From NCBI RefSeq assembly GCF_001194135.2, contig NC_068991.1, positions 67,082,566-67,146,565 on the forward strand: a DNA stretch of 64,000 nucleotides, in the 5' to 3' direction. Below the pieces are notes generated by a model that worked only from the letters and a program-made list of their open reading frames with translations, was not told the DNA's origin and ran no database searches. Below, piece after piece: positions 63,168 through 64,000 of this stretch. Positions within the stretch are counted from its first letter, which is position 1. Every line of letters begins with the position of its first letter. The position numbers and the translations under genes were made by a program. The DNA comes from Octopus bimaculoides (Eukaryota).

Positions 63168-64000
63168 TAGAGTGTGTAACAGCTCAGGTGGTAGTGGAGT
63201 ATAATTGAGAAAAATGTTTAGTGTAGTATTTGGTGGTGGTGTCTGTAAGGAGAGGGGCATGAATACATTTGATTAGTAATGTCAGTGGTGTATTTTGCTG
63301 GGAGGTATACCTAAAGCAGGCGGTGTAGGTAAGAGTCTTACCTCTGTTCCAAATCAAATTTATGTATTGTTGTTTAGTCTCAGGTCAACATTGCCTGAAC
63401 AGACCTACATTCAAAGAACATTCCAACAAAGACCATTCCATCTGATTAGCACTACATTATCTGTTAACTGTGTTCTTCCTTTATCAAGCTGGCAGGATAT
63501 TTATTTGAAAGCAATTTAGTTATTTTTTAGCACTACATTATCTGTTATCTAAATGTGTTCTTCTTTTATTAGGCCAGCAGGATGTTCAAAGTGATTTTAT
63601 TATTATTTCTAGCAACTTTGTATAAGTTGGCTTGATGTATTGATTGTTAATAAATTGTTTGCAATCTGTGGTGATTTATGAATGTTCAGATTATTCTATC
63701 AAACATAATGCTTATTGATTCTACATTACCAAGTTTTATCAGGTGAAGCACCTTCAGGTATAAAAATACTAGTTTTGACCATACAAAACTAATGACAACA
63801 TGGAGAATTTTTGGTTGGTCCCATATTCAGAAGCATAGGCATAAAGGTTGCTTTGCAGTAATTTTTAGGTTCTGCATAGCACCTTAAACAAGTACCTTCG
63901 GCTATGGGCCGACTAATGCCATGTGAGTGGGATTGCTAAACATAAATTAAGAAGTCCATATGTTTGTTTTACATCTGTTTTTCCATGCTAGCATGGGCAA

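Overview
Repeat-saturated, AT-rich animal genomic DNA with five assembly gaps. The SINE, LINE and MITE families and the microsatellite load look like a coleoid cephalopod (Octopus-like); this is an inference. Two protein-coding loci are supportable. (1) A complete four-exon ERG28 gene on + (48048-59396, about 153 aa), with canonical GT-AG junctions and matching phases. (2) A THAP zinc-finger exon on - (36739-36985), plus an orphan 109-codon terminal exon on - (392-723) followed by AATAAA. The two are phase-compatible and would join across a ~36 kb intron into a ~192 aa THAP protein with an unidentified alpha/beta C-terminal domain; this is the most novel-looking item. The rest is mostly transposon-derived: Tc1 and mariner relics; R4/Dong, RTE and CR1-group LINE fragments; piggyBac-, hAT- and Tc1-type MITEs with clear target-site duplications (TSDs); Helentron-type non-autonomous elements (HINEs); and several tRNA-derived SINE families with shuffled modules. 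There is no CRISPR array, rRNA or bona fide tRNA. Most ORFs in the supplied track are microsatellite, repeat or gap artefacts.
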